DNA of 64,000 nucleotides from Enoplolaimus lenunculus (Eukaryota): NCBI GenBank assembly GCA_030248215.1, contig JASANG010003582.1, positions 124,001 to 188,000 of the forward strand, read 5' to 3'. Shown piece by piece: positions 22,920 to 36,350 of this stretch (position 1 is its first letter; each line of letters starts with the position of its first letter). The notes under the pieces were generated by a model. It saw only the letters and a program-made list of their open reading frames with translations, ran no database searches and was not told where the DNA came from. The position numbers and the translations under genes were made by a program.

Positions 22920-23371
22920 TTGTGCGCTTGGTGAGCCATAATCTACCTTTTCTGTTTTTGACAGGTTTAACTACTACATTGCTTCAATTTTATACGTTCC
23001 GGTAGTGATACATCTGGGTCATGGTCGCATAAAGCCTTGTGTGCCCTTGACTTTCGATGGACCACTTTCGCGGCGCTGTAACTGTACCATTCAGCAGGTT
23101 TTGTTTCGCAAACTTAGAGATGCGGAGTTATCTAAAACATCTGAGAGTTATGTGGATTCGGTTGACCGCCAGTTTTATGAGTCTTTAATGAGAAATTTAT
23201 GCAATGATAAACCTTTTACCTGTACAATTGTGAATAGTCAACGAAACAAACGTTTTGTTCCGTTATTGTTAACGGCGTTAACCTCAATTATGGGTACTGG
23301 TCTTGAGATAGCTAACAGTTTTAAGCTTTCACACCTAGAGCCAATAATCATGAAGATAGCCGTAAATCAGG
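22920..23371 (+). pseudogene. env-like fragment 1 (furin site plus fusion-peptide-like segment)
   Basis: ...CNDKPFTCTIVNSQ RNKR FVPLLLTALTSIMGTGLEIANSFKL...: an R-x-K-R site followed by a hydrophobic segment, as in F-type envelope proteins of gypsy-group elements. Confidence 0.6.
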
Positions 23372-23998
23372 GTAGTCAAACAGGTCAGTCAAAAAAGTGA
23401 AGTTCAATGACAAATGCAATTGAGTCATTAGGTCAATTATCTGGAGAGCACTTCCGGATTACCAAAGAAAAAGTAATTTTAACTTAATCGTTTTGAAAAT
23501 CTATTTTTGTCTGTTTTTATATCTATAACTGAAACTGATGTTACATCCGTAAACAGTGTCATACGAAGTGTTCCTGCACTTCTAAACAAAATAGACAAAC
23601 CCGAATATAAGAGAAATCCGGATATAAGAGACTTCTTCTCCGATGGAGACTACTCTCTTACATCCTGTACAAATTACACTGTCCTGCATAAGAGATTAAG
23701 CCAATGTCAGGTGACATTCACATTTTGTCTGCATGACCGCTATTCAGACCACATTTTATGTTGATGGCGAATGAACATGTACAAAACGTGTTCCGGGCTG
23801 CCCCAACATGAACCACGCATAACGTAACCACCCATATATGCGGTGCCGTTTATGCAACTCGTTTTATCTACGCGACGCACTTTTGCTTCAGCTCAACGTG
23901 TCACTCTTTCAAATCAAGTACGTATACGTTTACAAACCTTATCCATTAAACCTTTCTCTAAATTTCTTAAAAAACTGTAGGGTCTCCATAATAAAAAA
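23372..23998 (+). repeat. Segmental duplicate of 43161-43787
   Basis: Near-identical sequence; ORFs 23507-23764 and 43296-43553 differ by one residue. Confidence 0.95.
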
Positions 23999-26466
23999 TA
24001 TGTATGTAACCTTTTTGCGAAGTGCGAGTTGTCCGTTTTTAATCAATCATGTTTCGATATTGTTACAACACCCGGTTCTCACCACTTGGCACCTGGAGAA
24101 TTTCAAAGTGGTCTAGCTAACCAAATAGACAAACCCGGATACAAAGAAAAACCCGAATATTTGAGGATTTTCTCTGTTCCCGTACTTCCCGATATAGGAG
24201 AGTTCGTACTGAGTGACAGTGTGATGTCGTAAATTAGTCAAACAAGTCAGTTAAAGAAAGTGAAGTTTAATGACAAATGCAAGTAAGTCATTAGGTCATT
24301 TATCTGGACAGCACTTTCGGTTTACCTAAGAAAAAGTATTTTTTGACTTAACTGTTAGTGAGCACTTATTAAAAATCCAATTTTGTCTATGTTTTTATAC
24401 CTATAACTGTTAAAAAAACTGGTTTTCTATCCGTAAACAGAGTAATATGAAGTGTTCATGTACTTACCTAAACAAAATAGACAAACCCGGATATAAGAGA
24501 AATCCGGATATACGACTTGTGTGTACAAACTACACTGTCCTGCATAATATCATGTGATATTCGGGAGAATTTCGGAATATCATATGATATTCATAAAATG
24601 TCCGTGGTACCACGTGGCATATTGCTGTTTGTATACGATGATTACTGGAGATCAGGGATTAAGCCAATGTCATCCGATATTCACATTGTGTCAGCATAGC
24701 CGCTATTCAGATCACAATTTATGTTACTGTTGAATAAACATTGACAAAACTTGTTCCGGGATGCTCCTGTTATAACGTGAACCCCGCATAAATTAAGCAA
24801 CCATATACGCGGTGCCGGCTATGCAACTCGTCTTTTCTACGTAATGCAGATTTGCTTCAGCGTCAACGTCTTACTCATTCAGATCAGGTGCGTATACCTT
24901 TGCACCCCATCCCTTATATCTTTCTCTAAATTTCTTAAAGAAACTGTAGGGTCTCCATTATGAAAAATTCTTGAATTGAAAACTTCCTTCTATTATCGTG
25001 TTCTAAAATACAAAAAAGCATAATAGCAGTAGTGATGAGCATCGGATAGTGTTTCATATCCGGCATATACCTAGTCAATTTTGCGGGTTCGCCAGATTTA
25101 ATTACAAATCTGGGAAAGGGTTGGCTCTTTTGAGTTTACAAAGCTCACAGCACCAAATGTTGTCTTGACCTAGGTCGGCTGGGTATCGTAGTTCACTATT
25201 AACCAAAGTAAGCTGTAAAAACAGAAACTGACAACGAAATTTGGTAATCTAAACCTGCTGCTAGAATTATTAGCCTACCTAAGCGAAATAAAATCCTGAA
25301 AACTCCTAAATCTTTACTGCGAATTCTAGCTTAAGCGATAACCAATTGAGACTCGACAGGTGGTATTATTAATAGTTCAATAAATATTTCTTGATTACGC
25401 AATGTCAATCCTTTGGAAACTACTAATCTATTCAATGTCGCAGAAGTAATCACCAAAACTTCTTGCAATTTACTGTGAAACTTCAACAAGATTTTTAGTT
25501 CAGCTCAATTGCTATAATTTTTCAGAAATTAGTATATTTGATTCACACAAAAATAGACCAATATTACGTAAGTTGCTCTCGAATACACGATTCCGTTCCT
25601 TGTAAAAATAAAATAGGCAAATATGGTACCTTTACAGGATCAGAATTTCAGCTACACAGCTCAACAACCTGCGCGGCTCACACGTAAAATACTGATTCGA
25701 CAGTACCCACACTTATGTAACCAAAAATACAGTTGCAAGTTGTAACTCCTTAACTATACGACAAAATTTCGTTTCGAAACACGCAACCATACTTTCAGTA
25801 CAAAATACATACACACGCGTTACCCGCTTTCGTGAATCCAATTCTCATAGTAATTACTTAAAACACACGCTATTCTCTAAGTTGGCCCGATCACAAACGC
25901 CTCTTTTTTGAGTAAAATTAACTCCAGTGAACCTCAACAGCCGCGTAATGAGGTACAGATAGTTCAAACAAACCGGCGGTAGTAAAACCCCGATACAATT
26001 AAATAGCACTTCCCCAAATACATTCGCTCCCGACGACTAAAGCCAAGCGTTTATATACGCGCTATTTTAAAGATTAATTACAGTAGATGAAAGACTATGG
26101 AATCTTTACAGATTCTGCGCGTACCATTGATCTCGTGACTAATCAAGGTTTTCTCTTAAATTTTGCAAGTAAAAGTCGCGAAACTTGACTAAAAAGCTGT
26201 TTTGTCGTGGAGCCTAAGTTTGTGGCTTGGTTTGTGAACTTTCAAAACCACTAAAAACTACAAAATTTATGTTTTGACCCAAATCCATTAGTTTTAAATC
26301 AAAGTTTTTCTCGATAAATCCTCAGAGATCCGCAAAAGCCACTATTTTGATTTGTTTGGGGTTTTTGAGTGTGTTTCAATTCTAAGAATTACCATTTTCT
26401 AAATTTTTCTATAAGGGGCAACTCGATTATACTTAAACTTAAATTTATTACTGCGAAAATCAATGC

Positions 26467-27510
26467 CTAGGCTTTTTTCAATGACAATCCGTAAGGAGGC
26501 CATAAGTTTAAATTCCAGGCGTATTTGAATCGTTTTATGACAAGCATTTGTACCCATTCATTGCTGAGTAATGCAGCTTTACTTAAAAATTTTTTAAAAT
26601 TGCCGCAAGCTAACATATCCTTCGAGTGCCGTTTAATGTAATATCTACTGACGTATGTAAAAAACGGCCATAATAAGGCAATAAACTTCATTGCGCAAAA
26701 TAAATGTGGAAATATAATATAGAACAGGAAACCTTACGGTTAGTCATTACGCCAATATAGTTCTAAGCGTTGCATCATTTTAAAAGTACTGCGTAGCAAA
26801 TTAGCTTTCATTAATTGCTGAAAAGTTTTATTCAAAATGATAGTAACATTTCTCGTACCCACCCCAAACTTCTCTGCAATTACCTATCCTTCAAAATGAA
26901 AATATTTCAGTATCTACGCGGAAACATTCGAGTATCACTCTTCAGCGTATCCTGGACGCAAAATCTCAAACCTCATTTGCGCCAGCCAAAACAATGTAAA
27001 GTTAAAATCATAGAGCCGCACATAGGTACAACAACAAAACCAACTCCTGCACATAATGAAAATACCTATATATTTTAGTCTTAAACACAAACAAATTGCT
27101 ACTGGGGATAAGCATGATTTAGCCATGAAAGTCATCCAACGTTCATGCACTTGTGGAAGCATTAGTAAATCGTCGCTGCATAACCCAATTTGTTTAAGAC
27201 CATTTTTGCTCAATTTTGTGATATATCCAAAACTGTTAAGCCCAAAGTGGATTGCACCTAGTGGCAAAGTGTTGTACCTCAACGCAGGACGTATAAAGTC
27301 GTATATTAAATTTTCATAACATCGTATGTTACAATGCATACCACATGTTTGTGGAAAAATAGCTCAACTCCAGTGTACCTAGAGTTACTATAATTTAACA
27401 CATAGAAAGCTAGTTCCAAGCTTGTGTAGGTTTCAAAATATTGCAGTTACTACAGAAAGGTGCAAATCACGCATTTATTGTCACGTATTGCCCGTATACG
27501 TTAAGTAACC
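26467..27510 (-). pseudogene. Degraded multi-pass (7TM GPCR-like) coding remnant
   Basis: Across frameshifts: ...LSYFSTNMW/CIVTYDVMK, ...LPLGAIHFGL..., ...GLC..., FMAKSCLSPVAICLCL, VFSLCAGVGFVVVPMC, FLFYIIFPHLFCAMKFIALLWPFF. The order of hydrophobic segments is receptor-like; many stops. Partial copies at 56863-58213. Confidence 0.3.
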
Positions 27511-27579
27511 GCCGATCTAGGGCTCTGGAAGCATTTGATTACTGATACAGTTTTCTTAACATGACTATTGTTCTTCTGA

Positions 27580-28620
27580 CGCCAACACGTCTGTTTTTAG
27601 ATGGAATCGGTCTAAACGCGGTTCGAGCGAAAAGCAATGTGTTAAAAAACGATCGCTGCAAAAATAAAGGGAGAAGTTACTAAACATAGACGTTCACAAA
27701 GATCTGAAACATAACGACGTAAAAGAAAATACAAAAATTCAAGTAATTCCATCAAAGTGCAAGTGTGCTTTAAAATGCGATGCAAAATTCTTCGAAACAC
27801 AGAGGCAGTAAGTATGCTGCGGTTGTCATTCCAAATCATACTATATGCAAAAGTAATTTCTTCACAATTTACTGTATCTATTTATATTAAGCGACGCCGG
27901 TCTAAAAACAATCAACCGAGCAGAGATCCAAGACTTATATTGAGAACTCACTATTTGCCACTGCGACTGCATCGCACAAGAGTACGTCAAAACTTTTTCT
28001 AAGCTACTTTGAGTATTTTCGTTTCAGCCGTATGCTAAAAAAGCTGAGATTGCAGAAACTCTGGCGGTAGATTGACGTGGCAGATACAAACCGGTGAACA
28101 AAATCTGAGATATGCGCCGTGAACGCGTGAAAAACCACATTCTTAGCTATTTACAAAGGGAACCTCATTATTGCAGATTAACTACCCAACGTATGTACCT
28201 GGATCATTCGTTGTCAAATAGTGTTATGTACAGAAGATACTTAACAATGTTTGGACTGGAAGTGATTGACGGTGAAGTGCAATATTGGCATTTAAACCGA
28301 GAAGACGCTCCTGTCTCACAGTGCGTCAGCGAAGAAATATCCAACACCGAAGTCAATTTGTCGCTTTCTTGAACTAAGAAAAACCAATGCGTCGTTTCCC
28401 GAGCAGAACACAATTTTGAAGACGTTTTAACCAAACATATACGTCAAAAAACCTAGCTCGTAGCATAAAAACGAACAAATAACAGGAAACAATGATCACT
28501 CAATTTCATGCTTGACTTTCGACGGCGGTACTTCCAACGCCAAACTCGTCTCTTACCGTCTTCTATTATAAAAGCTATCAGTGTACAACCTAACAATTTA
28601 CCATTCACCGCCTCACGACG
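27580..28620 (+). mobile_element. Sola-like DNA transposase remnant
   Basis: Motifs in order: CKCALKCDAKFFETQR, KRRR, RVRQNFF, VKNHILSYLQREPHYCRLTTQRMYL...MY, DF..AVLPTP...FYYK..SVYN; many stops and frameshifts. Confidence 0.6.
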
Positions 28621-29966
28621 GCTTCTTCTGATGTTCGCAGCAACCGCATGTTTTCAGACTCTTGCTCTGGCCAAAACAGAAATAGCAGAGTGTCCGCAGC
28701 GCTGCATCATACCGTGAGCTAACTTCCAATTGAAACTATTGAACACAAATACTTTGTAGTTGGTCACTTCCAAATGGAATGCTATGTCCGGTATTTCTTT
28801 TGCAATATAAAGAATTTTATGAACAAATTTCATCAAACAGCTTAAGAGATACAGTATCAAAGCCAGACTGGAATGAGGATTTAGACGATTAATTCTGAAA
28901 CATTAAAAAGAATTTAAGAGATCCTTGATTTGTTGTATGACCGGATTTTAGACGTGCAAACTTTTAATCGTAGCGTTGCTTAATAGTTTTTAATTACATT
29001 CCCCGATTCTGATTGGGGGTGGCCCGGCACCTTCCCCCTCTCGGCACACCCCTGGTGTTTGAACATTACCTTTGGTTTTCAACTATTTCTTTTAATATAT
29101 AATTTTTATCACAACTTTGATATATGTTTTATATATGAGGTAGAAGGCTTATACAATTGCGAACCTATTCTATAACAAATGTTTACCAACTTTAAAAGTT
29201 GTGGTTATCAATATTAAAAGTATTGAAATCGTTGTATTGTTGAATACATTGATTTATGTTGCCTAAAACAAATCAGCCAATACATCAAACTTCTCTAGTT
29301 AATGTCGTGAGCCATTTTGATTTGGGTCAATATATACTTGTTTTGCTTGTTGACTAATTTAAAGGCAGGTGACAATTGAGCTTATGTATAAATCACAGCT
29401 GTATATCTGGGTTGCGCAGTATTGTACAGATAGCTTACATTTTTCACAAAGAATTTTGAAAACCAATTGACTACAGATTGAAAATGCCAGTATAAACGTT
29501 TAGTTATATGCGCGAACAGAAATTTTTTAACGTTCTTTAGAAAAATGATCGAAACAAACAAATTAGGCAGAAAAAGTCTCGTCGGCTCGGACAAATCGTG
29601 AGGTGACCTCATCGCCTTCTAAACACGCTGGATAAACGTTATAACTGGGGTAAACTGGAACACGTTTTGTACCTATTAATACGATAGCGGGTAACATTTT
29701 ATCTGTACGTTGATCCGCTGTCAAATTCGAAAATTTGAATTGTCTGCTACCCTCATGTGACATTCACTGTAATGATACTGAAAAATGCCTGTAAATATCA
29801 AATGTCATGCTTGATATGTCTGTAAAGTTGTGGTAAGCCAGAATGTCATCTAGAATCTCATATGATACTAAAATTAAATTTGAATTATTTGCACTTGGGA
29901 AAATGTTTAGGAAAAATTTAAGCCGGAAACAAAAACAGAAGCTAACTTAGCATTCAAAATCATTTA

Positions 29967-30816
29967 TGGGTCATCCGCGTTATAATATCTACGCTGCTGT
30001 GAAAAAATGTCCACACTGTTGTTTGCAAGGGCGGTACAAAGCAATCGTTTTTGAGATATTTGGATCTTGCAAAAGGCATGCATATAGCTAGTCTGTTATG
30101 GCGGTGTTCCTTCGGAGGGAGTAGGAACAATGTGGACACTAGTTGGACAGTGTCTGACAATAGGAGTTCCTTCGCACAGACTCTGCATAATTGCTTAACA
30201 GAGTCCCTTCGAACAGACTTCAGACTCAGGACAAAACAGCTGTTCTTTCTATAACGTATTGACAAAGTGGCATCTGTATGTGCGATATAGTATGATAAAG
30301 TATACGACGTTCAGAGCGGCTCTCTATTGTCAGCCAGGGTGTACACATAGTGTGGTTGACTTTTGAATATGTAATTTATAAACACTGCAATTACTGTAGT
30401 GACCCGAAAAAGAGGAAGAATTAAGAAAGGGGGCTCCCCATTTTGAGTCCTAATCAATACGAGTCCGTATCCCTAATAAGAGTCCGTAAGCGGATAGCGT
30501 CCTTAAACCCTAATTAGATTCCATAAATGTCAATTATCCCTATTTGTTGCGCATAAATGACTCCATGACCAAATGAAGTTGAGTTCGAAACTTTAAAGCG
30601 TACTTAAGTTTTGGAAATAACATTCCAAAGTATAACCTTGCATTATCGCTAAAAATAAATAACAGTCTGTAACCGAAACAGGGGGTGCCCTCTGGAGAGG
30701 CCAAATAAATGACAGTCCCCCATCTTATTCGGGTCACTATAGTAGGAACTTAGGGACTCGCATGTGGGTGCAATTTTTTATTACACTAGCGTAGCAAGTA
30801 TAACGTGGGTGACCAA
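29967..30816. mobile_element. PIF/Harbinger-type MITE carrying a nested insertion
   Basis: TTA|TGGGTCATCC...GTGACCAA|TTA; internal sequence matches 50417-50901. Confidence 0.8.
30394..30742. mobile_element. TA-target MITE nested in the Harbinger-type MITE
   Basis: TA|CTGTAGTGACCCGAA...TTCGGGTCACTATAG|TA; the empty site CAATTAGGAAC is present in the related MITE at ~50827. Confidence 0.85.
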
Positions 30817-32099
30817 TTAAAGCTAAGCACACTATCCAGCTTTTTACTATTTCATTAGTGCGCACAAATTACATTGTCCTGCATATCATGTGATTTGGTA
30901 GAATTTTGTGATATCTGAGGTTTGTAATAAATTTATTCAGAGTCCTGGCACTCAAAAACCCTTCAGTAACCCTAACAATTTGAGACATCATTTAAAAAGC
31001 CATTATTGAGGCTTATCAATTAAGCAAATATGCAAATTAGCTATTAGCTAACTATTCGATAATCGGTTTTGAAGGTTAGTAGACAGTTTATTCAGATTTC
31101 TCGCGCTCAAAAATCCATTATTGTTAGAATTAGATTGCTTGTAACCGTACTAATTAGTGAAGTATTGCAAAAACGCCTAATTTAGGCTTGTCAATTATGT
31201 TCATATGCAAATTATCTATTAGCTAACTACTAAACCATCAATTTTAGACGTTTGTATACAATTTATTCAGATTCCTCGCACCCAAAAACCTTCAGTAAGA
31301 CCTAATGCGAAGTTAACACCCCAGGATAATTGGCTTTCAAACAAAAAAGTATTAAAATCGGTTCAGCCGTTCCTGAGATTCTTTTCGGACGGACAAACGG
31401 ACAGACGGACGGGCGGACATCCACCTTTCGACTCCAGAGTACAAAACATAAAACGCTTCGCGAAACACGAGCTTCGCTCGGTGTTTCGCTTCGCTCAATA
31501 AGGTCTACTGAGTCTGTTACATAACAAGGTTTGCGTATAGCGGCAGATCATATAATACTAAACAGTCATGTGCCGTTAGTATCATGTCACTCACACGTTA
31601 TTACACGTGCACTCGGCACACAAAATCTCTCCCAAAAGAAAATCAATAGCTTGTCCGGCTTATGTTTTATGGAAATTCTTGGCGGGAAATTCAATTTTTG
31701 ACGAAGAAATGTACATATGGCGGGAAATTCAAATTTGGTTGGAAAAATTAAATTTTGGCGGGAAATTTAAATTAGTAAGGCGGGAAATTCAAATTTTAGA
31801 GGGGAAATTCAACTTTTGGCGGGAAAATTTAAATTCTGGCGGGAAATTCAAATTTTGCTGGGAAGATAATTCTTTGGTAAATTATATTAGCGCGTGAAAA
31901 AACATACTGCCAAAATACTTTGCGATTTTTCGTACGTGTCCTAAAGATAACATGCAAAAATAACAAAAGAACGCGGTAAATTGATTATCTTACTTAGCAC
32001 TATCCTGCGACAATTTTAGACTAACGATAAAGTCTGACAGTTCTCGAAACTTTCTATTTAAAATTAACGTAATGCGCAAACTGTACAAAAAATGTCCGG

Positions 32100-33535
32100 C
32101 ACTGCAATAAACTATAAAAGTAACTTATTTAAGATAACTTAAATTAATATTGAAATGTAATTACATTTATTAATTAAAATATAATGTAAATAAATTAATA
32201 GTACACTTATTTAAAATTAACCATTTGTAGTAATTTTTATACATTTCAACACTAAATAATATTTAAATAATTAACAACTAAATTAACTTAACAATAAACT
32301 ATTTTTAAGTAATTTTATAGTTTGAACAATTTTTTAATAATTCTATAATTTTTGATTTATAATTAACTTTTAATTAACAATTTTTGTGTAATATTTTATA
32401 TTGTTATTAACAATTTTTTGAAAATTTTGTGGTTTTTGTTTTCAAATAACACTAGAAATAACAAAGTAACAACATAAATAATAATAATAATGATAATAAA
32501 TTAATTTTAATTAGTAATACTTAAATAATTATTAAGAATAACAATTAAAAATTAATATAATATATAACAATAATTAAAATTAGATTAATGCTTGCAAAAA
32601 CCCAAATAGCGGTCCCTATTCGGAACCTAATTAGTGTTATTTTATTCTTTCTAGAAAACGAATATATAATAACATTTTATTAATATTAAATTTGCACTGC
32701 AGTTTATTATATCGTAGTATATTTTTCCTAAAGTTAATTTTAAGAAATTTTTTACTATATCCTCTATTAATTAACGTAAACCATAGTAAAGCTAACTGGT
32801 TTATAGCTAGTTCTGAGTCAGAACATATATTAAATATTCTAATAATTTGACTACCTAAATTACCTAAATATTTATATCGATAAGTTACTTGTGAAATGAG
32901 GAAAATTTACACTTTAAATGAGAAATCCTTCGTTTTTCATACAAATCAATGTTAGCTTTATTGTCATTTATATTAACTGCTAAATCTAAAACATTCGCAT
33001 TGGCATTCTTAATATTAATTTTTTAATGAATCTGAATAAGAAAGATATCACTCAAACAATGAATCATTCTTAATAACAGTTATATCATCAATATATTTAT
33101 AAATGAAACTAAATTTATTTCTTAGTTTATAATCTAAATTATTAACAAATTTATATTCAATGTATCACTAAATGTTACCTTCGGACATTTAAGTTTGTTA
33201 AAGCTAACCGAATTACTCAATGGCCATAATTTCATAATATTTTTATCCTTAAATAATTTCCTAAAATTTATCCTATCAAACAAATAATTATCAAAACGAA
33301 TATAAAAGCACTCATGTTTCTTATTTAGTTTTATTGTATTTATAATCAATTAAATCCAATAAAATATCCATTAAATTAAATCGATTATCTAAACTAAAGG
33401 TATTATTGTTAATAGCAAAAATAAATATATAAATTACTTTTATTTAAATGTATAATTGTATTAAATAAATATTTCTTTGCATATATAATATCATATTGTA
33501 AATAATTGTTCAATTGGAATAACCACTTATCTAAA
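32100..33535 (-). mobile_element. Very AT-rich degenerate Penelope-like retroelement remnant
   Basis: Minus strand gives FSFIYKYIDDITVI (RT YIDD at ~33085-33097), NANVLDLAVNI...LYEKR, VNFPHFTSNL and SQIIRIFNICS...LINRGY, matching the PLE RT/thumb motif order LDL...LYDKR..F..VNFP...SN...SQ..R...CS...GY; internally deleted. Confidence 0.7.
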
Positions 33536-34036
33536 CTAAAAATTATTTTTTATATTTTGTTGGTTTCCAATTACCTCTTTTTCTATTGTCAAAATTTGAA
33601 TTTTCCCGGCTAAATTTGAATTTACCGCGAAAACTTGAATTTTCCCACCAAAATTTGAATTTGCCTCTAAAATTTGAATTTTCCCGCCAAAATTTGAAGT
33701 TTTCCGCCAAAATTTGAATTTCCCGCCAAAATTGAATTTTTCCGTCAAAATTAGAATTTCCCCGCTAAGGCGTCCCTAATGTGTCTGTCATATAAAAATA
33801 TTGTCCACTACACAGTTTTTCAAACATTTCAATGTCCTAGACAGTGTCTCTGCAAAACCGTCTTGCCCGGATAGAGTTTCCGTGATACTCTATGATGTCC
33901 ACGAATGTCGGTGATATTATTGGAAAATGAAGGGTTTTGATAAAACATAAGCCGGACAAGCTATTGAATTTCTTTTGGGAGGGGACATTTCGTGTGCCAA
34001 ATGAACGTATGGTAACGTGTGAGTGACATTATAAGT

Positions 34037-34640
34037 ACATTGAGCAGGCAAGCGCCGCATTTGAGTGTTCCTTATCCCAGTTTACGAGGCCCATGCATTT
34101 TATATCACAAATTATCCAATTTATTTTGGGAATCCGGAGGGTACCGGATGACCTGGTCACCGCAAGTGATCAGGACAGCCTGACATCCGCATTGCTAACT
34201 GCGTCGCAAATTAAACTTCTCAATAAGACAGAAAAACATTAATTGATACTGTCTATACTCATGACCCTGGAATATTTTTTCATTTTGTAAAAGTGTACCC
34301 TGTTTTAACTGATATCAGAAATACGCGTTTTGGGTTAGTGTTAGAAATACCTCAGACAAAAATTATTAACGTATTGCCACTAATGAAGGTTGTCAATGTG
34401 TGGTTTAATTTGCGCGCGCAGTCGGCATTGTTAAGGTTGGCCCTTTCCAGCTATGTGACTTACGATCGAATTTTAAGTACTGGTTTTTACCATGAAGTGA
34501 AACATAAGGATTGCGATAAGCGGACTGGATTGTGGTTTTGTGTCTTAGAGGCATTACCAACCAACGCTGCTGACAGTTGCTTCAGGTGTTTAAATGACCG
34601 CGTCGTGAATAATCCGACATGTGTGTTTGGGAAGACACTG
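34037..34640 (+). pseudogene. env-like fragment 2
   Basis: IEQASAAFECSL...SLTSALLTASQIKLL, then VKVYPV...FGLVLEIP...VVNV...LSSYV...C......WFC...........C: the post-fusion-peptide and Cys-rich layout of F-type env; contains stop and frameshift. Confidence 0.6.
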
Positions 34641-35569
34641 GCAGAATCCAGCAGAAACCGGAAAACAACCACCGAAATTTTAAATTTTGTGTTAAGATTT
34701 GATACTAAAATCACGACTCGCTTCTTAGTACACATTGGCGGATTCAATAAGAATAAATATAGCTTTGATTTGGGAATAAAAAGACGTTTGTTTACTTGTC
34801 TCGGTCGTGAACATTTTTCACTATTATATATCCCGGTCCTTGTCAGGCAGAAATCTCTGCGTCCGAAATTCAGAAAAATTTCGCACAAAATTCCCGGAAT
34901 GAGAAGAAAGTACGTAGACAAATTTACAAGTTTTAGAATAACATAGTTACTGGAATGTAGGAAGATGAAATAACGGTTTAGTTTCGAATTTAGAGTCTGA
35001 ATTAGGATTCTTAGACACGTTTTTCAAAGTTTTTCCGCGTCTTTTAATTAAGAACAGTTTATATATAAGAATCCTGAAAGCAAAACAGAGACATCACGGG
35101 GGTATAGGATTTGGGGACCGGGAAGCCGGCATCTTTTTAATTCAGACAGTAACATGATCAACTCAACAGTTCCGTTCAGAATTTATCGAGCAAAAAGCAA
35201 GCATCTTCGTTTATTAATATCTAAAAAGTTTTTATTTTAAATTCAACAAAAATTTAAAAAGCACTATAGACAACGTTTACCCCTTATGTACTGCACGCAA
35301 AATTGTCTGTTAAACCAGATCCAGCAAGTTTAATTTCTTTAGGTGGTTCTTGAAATGATTTATTTAAACTAGCTAGGCATACGTTTACGTTGGAACTGAT
35401 GTCTATTAACCTGAGGTCTTTGATTAATGAGCTACAAAATCTTCATTAGCGAGCAGTCTATATATTCATCATTGCTTAATTAACGACTAAATACGTATGT
35501 AATAAGAAAATAAAAATATTTGCCACGCTTAGAATAACTATTACATATGACCAAATTTAGACTAATAAA

Positions 35570-36350
35570 TTAACCTAAATTCAAATTATTTGACTCTATG
35601 TTTATAAATTTGTCTATACAAGGTATCATGCAATTCATTTGTGTTAGTGAAATCATTTCTTCCGACGTGCTAATGCCACATTCAATTCTCTTCTGCTCCG
35701 GATCTGGACATTTGTCGGCTAAAAATATACAAGAACGTTAAAAAGATAACTGTATGCAGTTCCCCTATTATCAAATATATGTAGCACCTAATATCCGTAG
35801 TGACCTTGTTGGAGACAGATTTGAGATACAGGCCAATTGCTGCACCAATTAAAGTTATTGTCCTTTCAATTGCGTGTAAAACAAATTCGCATGGGATCTT
35901 ATGCCATTTTTATTTTTACACTGACATGCCAGTGGAAGATATGTTTTGCGCGGAACAACTGTAAAACAAAATTTGAATTATTTCATCAGTTTGCGTGTGA
36001 TAACCTGTAAACAATTATGAATGGTTAAACATTTTGAAAAAACAGTTTATTAATTTTTCAAATTAGAAACTGAGTGAATCCATAAAAGCTGTAGAATGTA
36101 CACAGAAGTTTCGTAAAATGCAAAATAAAATGTTTTGTTTTTAGATATTATAATCCGACAGGTTTTGAAAATGTTGAGTTGCATAGCCTGAATTTAAAGA
36201 ATTGCAACCACAAACCCAAATATGGCACAATTGAAAATTGTTACATAAATGTACACAAGTTACTGAGATGAATTTTTTACCGAGCATAGCATTCTTTATC
36301 ACCAATACAAGCACTATCAGCATAGCCAACATAACACGTTTGTTACACAT
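35570..36350 (-). CDS. Small secreted four-cysteine peptide, copy A (72 aa; exons 36350-36281 and 35718-35570)
   Basis: MCNKRVMLAMLIVLVLVIKNAML-A-DKCPDPEQKRIECGISTSEEMISLTQMNCMIPCIDKFINIESNNLNLG*; phase-1 GT...TTTTTAG intron; TATAAA at 36452-36447; structure conserved in the paralog at 50120-51482. Confidence 0.8.

Larger units (their letters stand above)
24000..32067 (+). repeat. Segmental duplication, copy 1 (partner 54331-63487)
   Basis: Collinear high identity (e.g. identical ORFs 28112-28372 and 58747-59007) with several copy-specific indels. Confidence 0.95.

Noticed and set aside
25240..26130. Possible coding remnant
   Set aside because: Stops in all frames examined and no motif I could identify.
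29382..29778. Exon-like segment on the minus strand (TTTTCAG...GTAAGC), also ~60070-60410
   Set aside because: All three frames contain stops and no family is recognisable.
32100..33535. Mitochondrial insertion (NUMT) or endosymbiont DNA
   Set aside because: No mitochondrial gene motifs found; Penelope-type RT motifs explain the region.
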